From assembly GCF_963921235.1 (NCBI RefSeq), contig NC_086107.1, positions 110,982,001 through 111,046,000 of the forward strand: a stretch of DNA of 64,000 bases, given 5' to 3'. The DNA is from Mobula hypostoma. Lineage: Eukaryota. Positions within the stretch are counted from its first letter, which is position 1; each line of letters opens with the position of its first letter. Both the position numbers and the translations under genes were made by a program. This document shows, one piece after another, positions 9,915-23,735 of the stretch. The notes beneath the pieces were generated by a model, which worked only from the letters and a program-made list of their open reading frames with translations, was not told the DNA's origin and did no database searches.

Positions 9915-12900
9915 ATAAGACCATAAAATAGAGGAGCAGACCGGCTATTTGGTCCATCAAGTCTGCTCTGCTATTTCATCATGGCTGATCCAATTTTCCT
10001 CTCAGCCCCAATCTCCTGCCTCTCCCTGTATCCCTTCATACCTTGACCAATCAAGAATCTATCAACCTCTGCCTTAAATATACAGAAAGTCTTGGCCTCC
10101 ATAGTTGCCTGTGGCAAAGAATTCCACAGATTCACCACTCTCTGGCTAAAAGAAATTCTTCCTCATCTCTGTTCTAAAATGTCACCCCTCTATTCTGAGG
10201 CTGTGTCCTTTGGTCTTAGGCTCTCCCACCATAGGAAACCCCGTACTCTCCACATCCATTCTATCAAGGCCTTTCACCATTCGATAGGTTTCGATGAGGT
10301 CAGCCCTCATTCTTCAGAATTACAGGGAGTAAAGGCCCAGAGCCATCAAACACTCCTCATATATTAAGCCTTTCAATCCTGGAATCATTTTCATGTACCG
10401 CCGTTGAACCCTCACCAGCTTTAGGATATTCTTTCCAAGCTGAGGGGTCCAAAACTGCTCAGAATACTCCATGTGATGCCTCACTAATGCATTATAAAGT
10501 CTCAACATTACATTCCTGTTTTTATATTCTACTCTCCTTGAAATGAATACTAACGTTGAATTTGCCTTCCTCACCACAAACTCAACCTGCAAGTTAACCT
10601 TTAGGGAATCCTGCACAAGGACTCCCAAGTCCCCTTGCATTTCAGTTTTTTGTATATTCTCTCCATTTCTAAATAGTTAACCCTTTCATTCCCTCCACTG
10701 TAGTGCATGACCATATACTTCCCAACATCGTATTCCATCTGTCATTTCTTTGCCCATTCTCCTAATCTGTCTAAGTCCTTCTGTAGCCTCTCTACTTCCT
10801 CAAATCTACCTGCCCCTCCACCTATCTTCATTTTGTCTGCAAACTTTGCAACAAAGCCATCAATTCCATCATCAAAATCATTGACATATAACATGAAGAG
10901 ACTTGGTCCCAACACAGACCTTTATGAAACATCACTAGTCACTAGCAGCCAACCAGAAAAGGCTCCCTTTATTTCCAGTCTTTGCCTCCTGCCAGTCAAC
11001 CACTGCTTTATCCATGCTAGAATCTTTCCTGCAACATCATAGACTCGTAACTTGTTAAGCAGCCTTGTCAAAGGCCATCTGAAAATTCAAGTTCACAACA
11101 TCAACTCCATTGCTCTATTGTCTATCCTGCTCATTATTTCTTCAAAGAATTCCAACAGATTTGCCAGGCAAGGTTTTCCCTTGAGGAACCCATGCTGACT
11201 ATTTTAACATGTGCCTCCAAGTGCCCTAAGACCACATTCCTAATAATTGACTCCAACATCTCCCAACCACTGAGGTCAGACTAACCGGCCTACAGTTTCC
11301 ATCCTTCCTCCTCTCTCTCTTCTTGAAGAGTGGAGTGACATTTGTAATGTTTCATTCTTGTGGAACCATTCCAGAATCTAGTGATTTTTGAAAGATCATT
11401 ACTAATGCCTCCAAGATCTCTTCAGCCACTTCTTTCAGAACCCTGGGGTGTACACCATCTGGTCCAGGTGACTTATCTACCTTCAGACCTTTCAGTTTCC
11501 CGAAGAACCTTCTCTCTGTTTATGGTAACTTCACACACTTCATGACCCCTGACACCTGGGACTTCCAGCATACTTCTAGTGTCTTCCACTGTGAAGACTA
11601 ATGCAAAGTACTTATTCTGTTCATCCACCATTTCATTGTCCCCCACTCCTACCTCTCCAGCATCATTTTTCAGTGGTCTGATAGCCACTCTCGCCTCCCT
11701 TTTACACTTTGTTTCTGAAGAAACTTTTAGTATCCCCTTTAATCTTATTGGCTGACTTACTTTTGTACTCCATCTTTATGTTCTTAATGACTTTTTAGTT
11801 GCCTTCTGTTGGTTTTTAAAAGCTTCCCAACCCTCTAACTTCCCGCTAATTTTTGCTCTATTATGTGCCCTCTCTTTGGCTTTTATGTTGGCTTTGACTT
11901 CTCTTGTTAGCCACAGTTTTGTCATCTTTCTATAAGAATACTTTTCCTTTTTCAGATGCATATATCCTGTGCCTTCTGAATTGCTTCCAGAAATTCCAGC
12001 CATTGCTGCTCTGCCGTCATCCCTGCCAGTATTCTTTTCCAATCAATTCTGGCCGGCTTCTCTTTCATGCCTCTGTAATTCCCTTTACTCCACTGTAATA
12101 CTGATACATCTGACTTTAGCTTCTCCTCCTCAAATTTTAGGGTGAATTCGATCATATTATGATCACTTGCCTCTAAAGGTTCTTTTACCTTAAGCTCTTC
12201 TAATCAATTCTGACTCATTGCACAACACCAAATCCAGAATAGCTGATCCTCTAGCAGGCCCAACCACTAGTTGCTCTATAAAGCCATCTTGTAGGCACTC
12301 TAGAAATTCTGCCTCCTGGAATCCAGCACGTTCTTGACTTTCTGAATTTATCTGCATATTGAAGTCCCCTATGACTATTGTAACATTGTCCTTTTGGCAT
12401 GCACTTTCTATCTCCTATTGTAATTTGCGGGCCACATCCTTACTACTGTTTGGGAGCTGTATACAACTCCCATCAGGGTCTTTTTACCCTTGCAGCTCCT
12501 TAGCTCTCTCCACAATGATTCAACGCCTTCCGACCCCATGTCAGCTCGTCTTTCACCAACAGAGCAACACCACTTCCTCCGCCTTCCTGACTGTCCTTTT
12601 GATGCAATGTGTATCCTTGGACATTAAGCTCCCAGCTATAATCTTCTTTCATCCATTATTTTGTGATGCTCACAACATCATACCTGCCAATCTGCAACTG
12701 TTCTTCAAGCTCTTCTACCTTATTCCATATACTGTGTGCATTCAAATACAAAACCCGCAGTCCTGTATTCACCCTTTTCGATTTTGTCCACCTTTAAGTT
12801 GCAACTCATCCTGCTGACTGCAATTTTTTTTAGATTATGAAGACCACAGTCCTCTTTTATTGTCATTTAGTAATGCATGCAATAAGGAATGATACATTAT

Positions 12901-13660
12901 TTCCTCTGGTGTGATATCACAAAACACAGAACAGACCAAGACTGAAAAAACTGACAAAAACCACATAATTATAACATATAGTTACAACAGTGCAACAATA
13001 CCATAACTTGATGAAGAAGTCCATGAGCACAATAAAAAGTTCAAAGTCTTTCAAATGTCCCACATCTCACACAGATGGGAGAAGGAAGAAAAACTCTCCC
13101 TGCCATGCTCGACCACGGTCTGACTCTGAGTCGTCCGAAAACTTCGAGCTCTAATCAACTCTCTGACACCGAGTACTGAGCGCCATCTCTATCCGAATGA
13201 TTCGACCTCCATCTCGGTCGCCAACAGCAGGCAATGCCAAGGATTTTGAGGCCTTCCCTCCGAAAGATTTCCGATCATGCAGTAACGACAGCAGCGAACT
13301 GGCGTTTCAGATATTTTTCCAGATGTTCCTCTGTGCTTTCACGTCCATTCTCCATCAAATCAGAATTGTCCACGGCCCCTATTTAACAGATACGATATCA
13401 TTTTTCACCGGGGGGCTGCGCATGCGCAGGTGCGCCGCCATCTTCTCCTCCCTCCTTTTTGCCCTATCAACAACCACCCCTCACTACACATTGCCTCTGT
13501 TTGTAAACCAGCTACCTCATCTTCAACACTGTTATCTGCCCTTCCTACGATGCTTCTTGCATTGAAATAATAGGCAGCTCAGGACATTAGTCGCACCATG
13601 CTCAACCTTTTGAATCCTAACTTTGTCCAAGGTCTGCTTCCACAACCTCCCCACAAACTG
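9915..13660 (-). mobile_element. Long decayed CR1 (endonuclease, RT and 3' UTR), interrupted at 12824-13455
   Basis: Fragments DLGVLVQDSLKVNLQV..YNALVRHHMEYSEQFWTP, LQWSKGNYRGMKE..IDWKRIL, LWLTREVKANIKAK; CR1 tail at 9915. Confidence 0.9.
12824..13455 (-). mobile_element. Short non-autonomous retroelement (~630 bp) inserted into a T-run of the CR1
   Basis: Host CR1 rejoins across it (ctgcaatttt|gccctatc). CpG-rich 5' end (AAGATGGCGGCG on minus strand) and A-rich 3' end. Confidence 0.65.
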
Positions 13661-13844
13661 TTCTGAACTCTGATGCCTTGAGCTGTAATCGTGTCACGTG
13701 AACTGCTACGCTACTGTGGCGCCCACTCTAAGTAATATGCTCTTCTTTAGAGTTGGAGTATTTATCCTACCACTGTGAGGTGCTACCATGTTGCCGCTGA
13801 AGATCCCATACTCCAGCCGCGTGTTATGATGTTGCAGACAGAAT

Positions 13845-14475
13845 GGGTGACGTAGCAGTTAGCACAATGCTGTACAATGCTAGCTGAAAGATTAGGGTTC
13901 AACGTCAGTGACAATAAGCCTGTTTCTGACTCTAATTCATTTCCCGCCACTGTCTGTAAGGCAAGCAACACACACAACATGCACACAGAACTGAACAGGT
14001 CAGGTGGCATACATGGAAAAGAGTAAACAGTTGATGTTTCAGGCTGAGAACCTTCATCAGGACTGGAAAGAAAGAGAAGTCAGTGTAAGAAGGTAGCGGG
14101 GAGAGGGGAGGGAAAAGTACTCGATGGCAGGTGATAGGTGAAACCGGGATGGGGGAAGGGGTGGAGTAAAAAGTTGGTAAGTTGATTGGTGAAAGAGATA
14201 AAAGGCTGGAGAAGGAGGAATCTGACAGGAGAGGGTAGAAGACCATGGAAGAAAGAGAAAGAGGAGACGAAGAGTATGTTTTCCCCATGACCGTGTGGGT
14301 TTCCTCTTGGTGCTCTGTTTTCCTCCCACAGCCCAAAGGTGTAAGGGTTAGTGTTAGTGAGTCGTGGGTATGGTATGGAAGCATGGTGACACCAGCGTGA
14401 TTCTCGCTGGTTTGATTTGATACAAATGATACACTTCACTGAATGTTTCCATGTACATGTGACTAATAAAGCTAA
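13845..14475 (+). mobile_element. tRNA-derived SINE split by a Penelope fragment
   Basis: Head at 13845-13960; V-domain and tail at 14275-14475. Confidence 0.65.
13965..14270 (-). mobile_element. Penelope pLTR/3' fragment with hammerhead core at 14030-14063
   Basis: Minus strand reads gtcCTGATGAaggttctcagcctGAAAcATCaac. Confidence 0.8.
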
Positions 14476-15119
14476 TGCCTATCTTGTACATAATTGCAGT
14501 ATCCTCATCACGGTCCACCCCACCTTACTATGTTTTACCTTCAGTAGTCCTGTGACGTCAAATATACCCAGTTACCTTGATCTACTTTACTTACTTCAGA
14601 AAGATGTTCCAGTGACTCAGCCCACACCTTCTGTGTGATTAACCATTGTGGGAATATGTTGCCTTGAGGCAATCTAGCTTTCCGAGTTATCTCTGATGGA
14701 ATATTATCGTGATACACTGTGTAATCCCAGCCAAACCATTGTTGTGAAGCAACTTGTAAAACCAATGTCTGTAACCCCAGTGGCCCTGTAGTGCTAGGGC
14801 CAGGGTTTAATCCAGTCCAACTTCAGGAAGCATATTTTCCGTCTGAGTATCGGCAAGTCTGCGAATGTTTGCTCAGTCCCATTGCCTGCTTCCCTGGAAT
14901 GGTCAGCTGAGTTTTTTTGTGAATCGCTCTGGATTTCCCACATTTTCAGAATTCTTTGTGTTTATGATTTTAACAGACTTCCAATTGCTTGCAGCTGTTT
15001 TTTTTTGGTAAGCATTTGCTTCCAGTCTAAATTTCACCAGGTTTACGCTATTGAAGCCACCCTTACCCCAGTTCAAGACCTTAATTTGAGGACCAACTTT
15101 GTCCCTTTTCCATAAACTG

Positions 15120-15890
15120 ATAGATCAGCTGGTTGTGAGGTGTCGCAGCAACAACCTGGCACACAATATCAATAAGACCAAGGAATTAATTGTGGATTTC
15201 AGGAAGTGAAAGTTGAGGGAACACACACCAGTCCTCATTGAGTGAGCAGTGGAAAGGATGAGCAGTTTCAAGGTCAAAATCTCTGAAGATCTATCCTGGG
15301 CCCAATGTATTGATGCAATACAAAGAAGGCATGCCAGAGGCTATATTTCATTAGAGTTGGTTGAGACTTGTTATATCACCAAACAGACACTCAAATTTCT
15401 ACAGATGTACTGCGGAGAGCGTTCTAACTGGTTGCATCGCCACCTGGTATGGAGGGGCAACTGCACAGGACTGGAAAAAGCTGCAGAAAGTTGTAAACTC
15501 AGTCAGGTCCATCATGGATACTAGCCTCTGCAGCATCAAGGACATCTTTAAAAAACGATGTTTCAAAAAAGCGGCACCCATCATTAAGGACCCCCATCAC
15601 CCGGGACATGTCCTCCTCTCATTGACACCATCAAGGAGGAGGTACAGGAGCTTGAAGACACGCACTCAACATTTTAGGAACAGCTCCTTCTTCGCTGCCA
15701 TCAGATTTCTGAATGGGTAATGAGCCCATGAACACTACCTCAGTATTTTCACTCTCTTTTTGCACTACTTATTTAATTTATTTTCTATATATACTTCTTA
15801 TTGAAATTTATATTTTTTATTACTATGTATTGCTGCCATAAAGCAACAAGTTTCACAGCCTATGCTGGTTGTATTAAACCTGATTCTGAA
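15120..15890 (+). mobile_element. Rex1/Babar LINE 3' portion
   Basis: FYRCTAESVLTGCIATWYG..LQKVVNS..IIKDPHHPGH..PSRRRYRSLKTRTQHFRNSSF..IRFLNG. Confidence 0.9.
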
Positions 15891-16009
15891 CTGCCTTAAA
15901 ATATACTGAATTATGATCACTATTCCTAAAGTGCTCCCCAGCAGACACTTCCATCACCAATTCTATTCCTTAAGGTTGAGTACTTCTCCATCTCTAGTAG
16001 GACCATCTA

Positions 16010-16402
16010 CAGTACTGTACAAAAGTCTTGGGCACATGTAAAAAAGATTATGTAAGCAACAGTGCTTTCAAAAACAATGAAATGAAAAGTTTCTAAATAT
16101 CAAAAAATTACTTTAACCGTATAACCATATACCAATTCCAGCACGGAAACAGGCCATCTCGGCCCTTCTAAAGGGCAGTAAACAGTTAAAAAACTAAATC
16201 AAATTAATATGTGGCGTGTCGTTCCAAGCATCTTGGAGAACTTGCCACAGTTCTTCTTCAGACTTTGGCTGTCTTGCTTGCTTCTGTCTCTCCAGTAATC
16301 CTAGGCAGCCATGATGATTTTGAGGTTAGAGCTCAATGAAGACCGTACCATCTGAAAAACCATATAAAAATCAAGGATGCTTAAGACTTTTGCACAGTAC
16401 TG
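16010..16402. mobile_element. Tc1/mariner MITE (393 bp) with 26-bp TIRs and TA TSD
   Basis: TA|CAGTACTGTACAAAAGTCTTGGGCAC ... ATGCTTAAGACTTTTGCACAGTACTG|TA (4 mismatches). A small CR1 tail is nested at ~16115-16170. Confidence 0.9.
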
Positions 16403-16424
16403 TACATATGATCTCGAAAACAAC

Positions 16425-16675
16425 GAGCAGTAAGGTAGCATAGTGGTTAGCACAATGCTTTACAGTAGCAATGACCGGGGTTCAATTCCTGTTGCTGCCT
16501 GCGAGGAGGTTGTACATTCTCTCTGTGACCACGTGGGTTTCCTCCGGGTGCTCGGAATTCCTCCCACAGGTGTACCGGTTGGTAGGCTAATTGGTCGTTG
16601 TAAATAATCTCATGATTAGGCTAGGATTAAGTCGGAGGATCGCTGGGCCTGTTCCACACTGTAGCTCAATAAATT
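16425..16675 (+). mobile_element. V-SINE-like element
   Basis: tagcatagtggttag A box, gggttcaattcc B box, V-domain and aataaa. Confidence 0.8.
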
Positions 16676-17924
16676 AATTCAAACCTCTCTTCGATGCACT
16701 TAACAATTCTGCACCATATAAACGCTTTGCACTGAGGAAAGCTCTGTTAATACTGGGAAAGTTAAAATCTCCCAGTACTCTAACTCGCCCTCCTGTGAGC
16801 TTCTGAGACATGGATGACTTACAGCAGGCATCTCAAAGCACTGATAAAAAGCTTCCAATGCTGTCTTTGTGAAATCCTCTAAAAATAAATAAACCAATAT
16901 CAGTGTAAGATGACAAAGAATCTTAGAACATCAATTAGTATATAGGGGTAGTATATAGTATAATTAGTATATAGAAGGTAGCCAGGAGAAGAGTGGGCCT
17001 CCTGAAGGACCAAAGGGATAATATATGTGTGCAATCATGTAATGTAGAGAAGGTTCTAAATGAATCCTTCTCATCTGTACTCAGCAAGGGGGAAGACATG
17101 GGAAATAGTCCGTTAGGGAGCCGTGTCGTTTAGCAGTTAGCGTATGGCTGTTACCGCTCAGGGCATCGGACACTGGAGTCCTCTGTTCATCCTCCCCATG
17201 GAATGCCTGGGTGCTCCTGTTTCCAACGATAGTCCAAAGACGTACCGAATGGTAGGTTAATTGGTCATTGTAAATTGTCCCGTGATTAAGGTAGGGTTAA
17301 ATAGGGGTTGCTGGGGTGTTGCAATGCTGGCAGATTTTGACGGGCTGGAAGGGCTAAATAAGGGAGGGCTACATGGCTATTCTACTGCAAGTCAGTGTCA
17401 AGAAGGAGGAAGTGTTAGTGTTAGATGGGTTAAATGGGTTGGTGTTAGTGTTAGTGTTAAATGGGTTGATAGAATCTTTCTCGCATGGTAGGGTTATCAT
17501 GGTAGGGTATAAGCTTAAGGTGAGAATAAGGAATTTTATCGAGGATCAGAAGGAAAGATCTCTTTTGCACACAGAATGGTCAAGATCTGGAACTCGCTAC
17601 CAGAGATGGCGTGGAGTCAGATATATTCACCACATTTTAGAGATATATAGGCAGCCATCTGTTAAGGCAAAACATAGAAGGGACGACAAACAAGGTGCTG
17701 ACAGAACTCCATGGATCAGGCAGGAAGCAAGTGGACAGTTGATGTACTGAGTTGAGACCTTTCATTTGTCAGATGTTGTTTGACACGTTGAATCAGTCAA
17801 AGTTATTTATTGTCATTTCTTTAGTACACTAGTGTAAAGGAGAACAAAATAACTGTTACTCCAGTTCTGATGCAGTATAAAAACTAATAAATAAAGAATC
17901 AAAGCAATCCTATAAAACACAATG

Positions 17925-18122
17925 CGTGGAATGGGCTGCTGGCAACGGTGGTGGAGGCGGATACGATAGGGTCTTTTAAGAGACTTTTGGATAGGTACAT
18001 GGAGTTTAGAAAAATAGAGGGCTATAGGTAAGCCTAGTAATTTCTAAGGTAGGGACATGTTCGGCACAACTTTGTGGGCCGAAGGGCCTGTATTGTGCTG
18101 TAGGTTTTCTATGTTTCTATAT
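17925..18122 (+). mobile_element. Short CR1 3' end
   Basis: gcgtggaatgggctg..gtgggccgaagggcctgtattgtgctgtag followed by (tttctatg)n. Confidence 0.8.
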
Positions 18123-20811
18123 TTTCTAATATACAAATAGCCGCTGAGTTTGGCTACATGTTGATAAGATTAGATAATATGTATAGACTGATTATACGTG
18201 AAATGGTGTTAGGTGCAGGAGTATCTGAACATAAGGTGACTGACAGGGGGTGATGAAGTGATAAAATGACTCTTGGCAAGAGGAACTCTCCAAGGTACCG
18301 AGGCAGGGCATATGGAAACTCAATAGGACAATGATTGTGTTAGTGTAGGTATGAGGTGTGGAATGTAAGCATAAGGTAGCTGTGCATGGGAAGGACGTTG
18401 AGAGGCTGAGGGCAGGAGTGGCTGATGTGGATGGGGTGCGGAGGATTTGATTAGGCTGACGGCTTGTTTCCTTGTTTGTTGCTCCAAATTCCAGTGTCTA
18501 GAGTTCCTTGTGTGTCCAAGACAGAGAAGGATATGTATGAAGCCCTTACAAGTGAGGCTTAGTGTGAATGATCAAGATAGTCAGCCTGTCTCTTTGCATA
18601 AAGTTTATTTGCGTAACACAGTAGGACAAATGAGATTTGAATGACCTTGGTTGTTGTAGCTGTAGGTTATCCAAGCTCATTCTGGTTTAGGTTAAATAGT
18701 TTGCCATTAGTTCTGAGGTCTGATCCATCACAAGTCCAGTGAGGAGAGAAGAAGTGGAAGAATCATGTACCCACAGTAGCTCTAGTAACCCAAGATGGCA
18801 TTGACATGTGACCTCCATTCAGGTCACAGCTCAGCTTTAGATTCTTTTTATTCATAGATTTTTGGGTTTGTGGGGATAGTTTTGGGGACAGAGAGGAGAA
18901 TTAGGGTTTAGGACAGGAATGTGTGGAAGTTAGAGGACAGGCCGCTGTCTTTAAGTCTCTGCTCTGCAATTGAAGGCCAGCGATGTGGACCTGGGACATC
19001 CACCTGACTGGGCTGGGATGACCGGCCGGATGTCAAGGCCTGTTGGCCAGAGCCCCAAGTCTACGAATCTCTGTGAGTCTGCTGGGGTAGTTAAAGGTCC
19101 AGTCTCTGCGTGACCAAGTCCGAATCCTAGTCCACTGGAGACTGGAGTCTGAAGAAGCTGTCTTGTCTTGGGGTTAGAGGACAGGGTAGGTGGGCGGGTG
19201 GGAGGGAGGAACTGGGCTTACGTTGCTGGCTGTTGTGTTTTGCTGGGTTCAGTTGTTCTGAGCATTGTGGGCATGCTACATTGGCACTAGAATGTGTGGC
19301 AACACTTACGGGCTGCCCCCAACACAATCTCCACGCAGACAGTGCATTTCACTCTATGTTTCGATGTATGCATGGTAAACAAACTTTAATCTTGAACCGT
19401 GACTCTTGAATTTTCAGGTTATGTTATTTTCGCACTTCTAATTGTTCCAATAACAGTGAGTTAAGGTCAGCTTTTCTTCAGCTACTTTGTGAAGATCAGA
19501 CCCAATTTTTAAATAGGTCAGTCACACATCATCTCTGTTAAAGTGTGGCACTGGGACTAACTATAAAAAAGCGGCTAAAATTAACCAAGAATACTTGAAC
19601 GTCTTTCCACACAGCAACAGAAAATAATCGACCGCGTTCTGTCTTCTTCTCAGACCACCCTTGAAAGATGTCCAGAGAGGGAAAAAAAAATTCCAAAGTG
19701 AAGGAAGTTGTTCTGTGGGACCTATCAAACAAGACTTGGATCAGACGTCAACCGTGGAATGCTGCAGGAGGCAAAATCAGCCGAAAGGCATGGGAAGAGG
19801 TGAGGGTAAACGGCCCCATAACAATGGAGAAAGGTGTGGGGCAGAGAGAAATACAATATCTGTGTTGGGAAGGTAGGTACAGTTTATTTTGGAAGGATAG
19901 ACAATTAAAACGATGTTCTGTGTGTTGTTACCAAGATCTGTAGAAGATGGAAGCCATTCTTGTGAAATAAAGTATCAGTTTACACCAGTCTTCCCAAAAT
20001 GTTGACTTCAATGCCTCTTCATCTCTGCTGTGGTGTTAATGGGTAAAGAAAGACATCATTTGTGACATCTTGACTGACAGCAGTGCCATGATGCACTCTC
20101 TTTCACCCTGTGTTACCCGGGAGCTGGTGGGAGCAGTCCTTTCATGAGGATGGGGCTTGCTGCTTCTGACTTACAAGGGTGGACTTTATGCTGCCCAGTA
20201 GATGATGGACAGATGGGGAGGTAAGTGTCACACCTTCAGACTCTGAGAGAGCCGAAGAGGAAGAAGGAACGTCGAGAACTTGTGGTTTCCAAACTTTCTG
20301 ATGTCAAGGAAAGCAAGGGTATGTCTCACTTTCCCTGTGGGTTTGCCATATTCTGCGTCGTGTTTGGAATCTGAAGCTGAAGCCCATGGCGGATAGAAGT
20401 TTTTCACTCTTGTAACGCACTACGCTTCCTTCGTACAGGTACACAGCAGCCGGAGGAGATGGGGGCTGCAGAGTGCTATGGAGTGCTGATTTCTCAAGGA
20501 GGGAGGATTGGGAACAGCAGGAAGGAAGAGGGGGCTGTTTGCCCCAGGAGGGTCACTCGAGCCAAGTGCAGCCCTCCTTCCTAGCCCCTGCTGTGTAATA
20601 AAGCCACCAACAATGAGAAATGTGTCTCTGCAAAACAAAAACATCACCCACTCACCCCCAGCCACAGCACTCCTCCATCCATCCCACTTCATTTCCTTCC
20701 CAAAGCCCATCTTCTGTGACCTGGACCCCACCCTCAGCTCTGCCTGGGACAGACAGAACTTCCTCTCACTGGCATTCACCCGACCCTTTCGCCCCAAAGC
20801 CAAGGTTTAAT

Positions 20812-21052
20812 TTTATTTTATTTAGAAATACAGCGCAGTAACAACCCCTTCCGGGCCAATGTGCTCGTGCTGCTCAATTGCACCCATGTGACCAATTAAC
20901 CGACTAGCCTGTACGTGGTTTTTTGGAATGTGGGAGGAAACCGGAGCACCCGGAGGAAACCCACATGGTCACGAGGGCAATGTACAATCTCCTTACTGAC
21001 ACTGGTGAGAATTGAACTTGGGTCGCTGGCACCGTGTTTCACTACCACCGCG
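20812..21052 (-). mobile_element. V-SINE-like element
   Basis: tgtgggaggaaaccggagcacccggaggaaaccca is a reverse V-domain. Confidence 0.8.
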
Positions 21053-21744
21053 TTGCTGTGTGTGATGGGACTTGCAATTTGACCTTGTCGGGTCAGGGTA
21101 GAGAGTGATGGGGAAAACAGCAGAGAGAGATCTTTTGGAGATGTGCCTTGGACCTGCGGGGTTGGGTAATCCTTTGGTGGGGTAGGACAAGTGGGAATGG
21201 GAACACAGTTGAGCTGCTGGTTCAGAGTTAGTGTGCGGGATGATGCTCCAGAGGGCTTCTGGGCAGAGGCTGGAAGCTTTCAACAGAGTTGAGCTAAAAA
21301 AAAAAGTGGACAGTATTTAGCAGGAAGGATGGACTTTGTCTGAGATCTTGGCAGGATGAGGAAGATTATTTGCAAGTAATTAATTGAGTAATTGATGCCA
21401 GTGCAGTCAAGAATATACCCCTGTTGCCCCTCAGCACCTGAAGGAACTACCAGAGCATTGGGACAGCTGCTGTCTGAGCCATTACCTCACCCCTTATCCA
21501 CCTGTAACTGTAGAGCCTGCAGTGTCGAGATGTTCAGGCAAAAATCTTCAGAAAAGCATCAGCAATCCAGCTCCCAGTTCTTGATTCTGACTGATGGGCA
21601 ACTACTGTGCCATTTTCGGAAATACTCTGGGGCAGGGGATAGAGTTGGTTACCCCACTTGTTATGGAGTTCATTCCCATTCAGTCACAGAAGATCCTCTG
21701 GAGAGCTCTGCTGGATTAAACTCTTCTCTGTTTGATGACATATA

Positions 21745-23735
21745 GAACAGCGTTGTGCTGAGCCAATTAAATTAGTAATCAAGTGGCCAACTAAACTAAT
21801 CTCTTCTGCCTACACAATGTCCATATCCTTCCATTTCCCTCACATCCATGTGCTTATCTAAATGTCTTAAGAAGTTTTAAAGTTTCTGTCTCCACCATCC
21901 CAGGCAGCACATTCCAGCCACCCTCCGCTCTCTGTGTAAAAAAAAAGTCCCCTCACATCTCCTTTGAAATGGCCTCCTCTCATCTTCATTGCATACCCTC
22001 TGGTATTAGACATCAACCCTTGGAATAAGGTATTGTCTGTCCATTCTATCTATACCTCTCATAATCTTATAAACCTCTATCAGATCGCCTCTCAGCCTCG
22101 CCACTCCAGAGAAAGCAACCCAAGTTTGTCCAACCTCTTGTTATAGCACGTGCCCTCTAATCCATGTAGCATCCTGGTAAGCCTCTTCTGCACCCTTTCC
22201 AAAGCCTCAGCATCTTCCTATAATGGGGTGATCAGGGCTGTATTTTAAACTCAATGTCTCGACTGAAAAAGGCAACAATAACCACCCTATCAACAAGTGC
22301 AGTCACTTTCAGGGAGCTATGAACTTGGACCCCAAGATCTCTTTGCTCATCAACACTGTAAAGGATCTTGCCCTTAATAGTGTACTGTCTCTTTCTATTT
22401 GATCTACCAAGTGCAACACTTCACATTTGTCCTGGTTAAACTCCATCTGCCATTTCTCTGCCCATATCTGCAAGTGATCTGTATCCTGTTACATTCTTTG
22501 TCAGTCTTCCACACTATCCAAAACACCATCAATATTGGTATCATCTGCAAACGTACTCACCCGCCCATCTACATTTTCATCCAGGTTTTTTGTTTGCATC
22601 ACAAACAGCAGAGGTCCCAGTAGAGATCTCTGCAGACCACCACTGATCACAGACCTGTCGCTACAATAAGTTCCTTCGGCCACTACCCCTCTATCTGGTA
22701 TGGGCGAGCCAGTTCTGAATCCAAACAGCCAATTCACCATGGATCCCGTGCATCTTAATCTTCTGGATGAGCATCCCATAAGGGACCTCGTCAAACACCA
22801 TGTAGACAACATCCACAGCTCTACTTTCATAACTCACCCTCATCACCTCATAAAAAACTCAGTCAAGTTAATAAGACACAACACAGTAAGACCCACACAA
22901 ACCCATGCTGGTTGTTCCTAATTAGGTCATGGTTTTCCAGATGTTCATAAATCCTATCCCCTAAAAATTCTCTTCAGTAACTTTCCTACCACTGACATAA
23001 TACTCACCAGTTTATAGTTTCTTGGATTATCCCTGGTTCCCTTCTAGAATAATGAATTTGAAACAACTTTAGCTACTCAGGATCTGTTTTGTGGCTAAAG
23101 AGGACACAAAGATATTAATCAAGATGTGGGCGATCTGTTCTCCTGCCTCTGTCAATAACCCGGGGCATAGCCCATCAGGCCTAGAAACTTAACTAACTTA
23201 ATGCTCTTTAAAAGACCCAGTACTACTTACCTCTTTACTGCCCCCCACCAGCCCGAAGAGTCCCAGCATATCAATATGCTCAGTACTGACATCCCTAACC
23301 TCCATATTCATCTCTTTGGTAAATACTGATGTAAAATACTAATTAAAGACCTCACTGACATCTGTTGCATCGAAGCAAATGTCCCTTATCCTTTTATCCT
23401 TAACTGGTCCTACTCTCTCTCGAGTTATCCTCTTGCTCTTGATGTACGTATAGAATGCCTTGGGATTATCTTTAATCCTACTTGCCAAGAATTTTTCATG
23501 GCCACTTCTGACTTTCCTAATTCCCTCGCTGAGTTCTTTTCTGGCTTCTTTATAATCCTCAGGGGCTCTGTTTGATTCTAGCTTCTGAAGCATTACATAC
23601 TTTGCCTTTTTCTTCTTGACTGAATTCATCACCTCTCTCAAGCTCCAAGGCTGTCTTACCTTGCCATCTTCTGACCAGAGCATCCCTGCCCTGTACTCTC
23701 TGCAGGTACCATGGTCTATGTGGCCGACACCAGCT
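21745..23735 (-). mobile_element. Decayed CR1 ORF2 (RT) plus 3' UTR
   Basis: SLLGPLLFV..NLDENVDGRVSTFADDTNI; IKDNPKAFYTYIKSKRITRERVGPVKD. Confidence 0.9.

Noticed and set aside
16425..16500. tRNA genes at A/B-box-like heads (also 6718, 37025, 41445)
   Set aside because: No cloverleaf is evident and each head is followed by a V-domain and LINE-like tail, so these are SINEs.
21431..21470. REST/RE1-like half sites TCAGCACC ... GGACAG
   Set aside because: The half sites are about 22 bp apart, well beyond canonical or usual non-canonical spacing.
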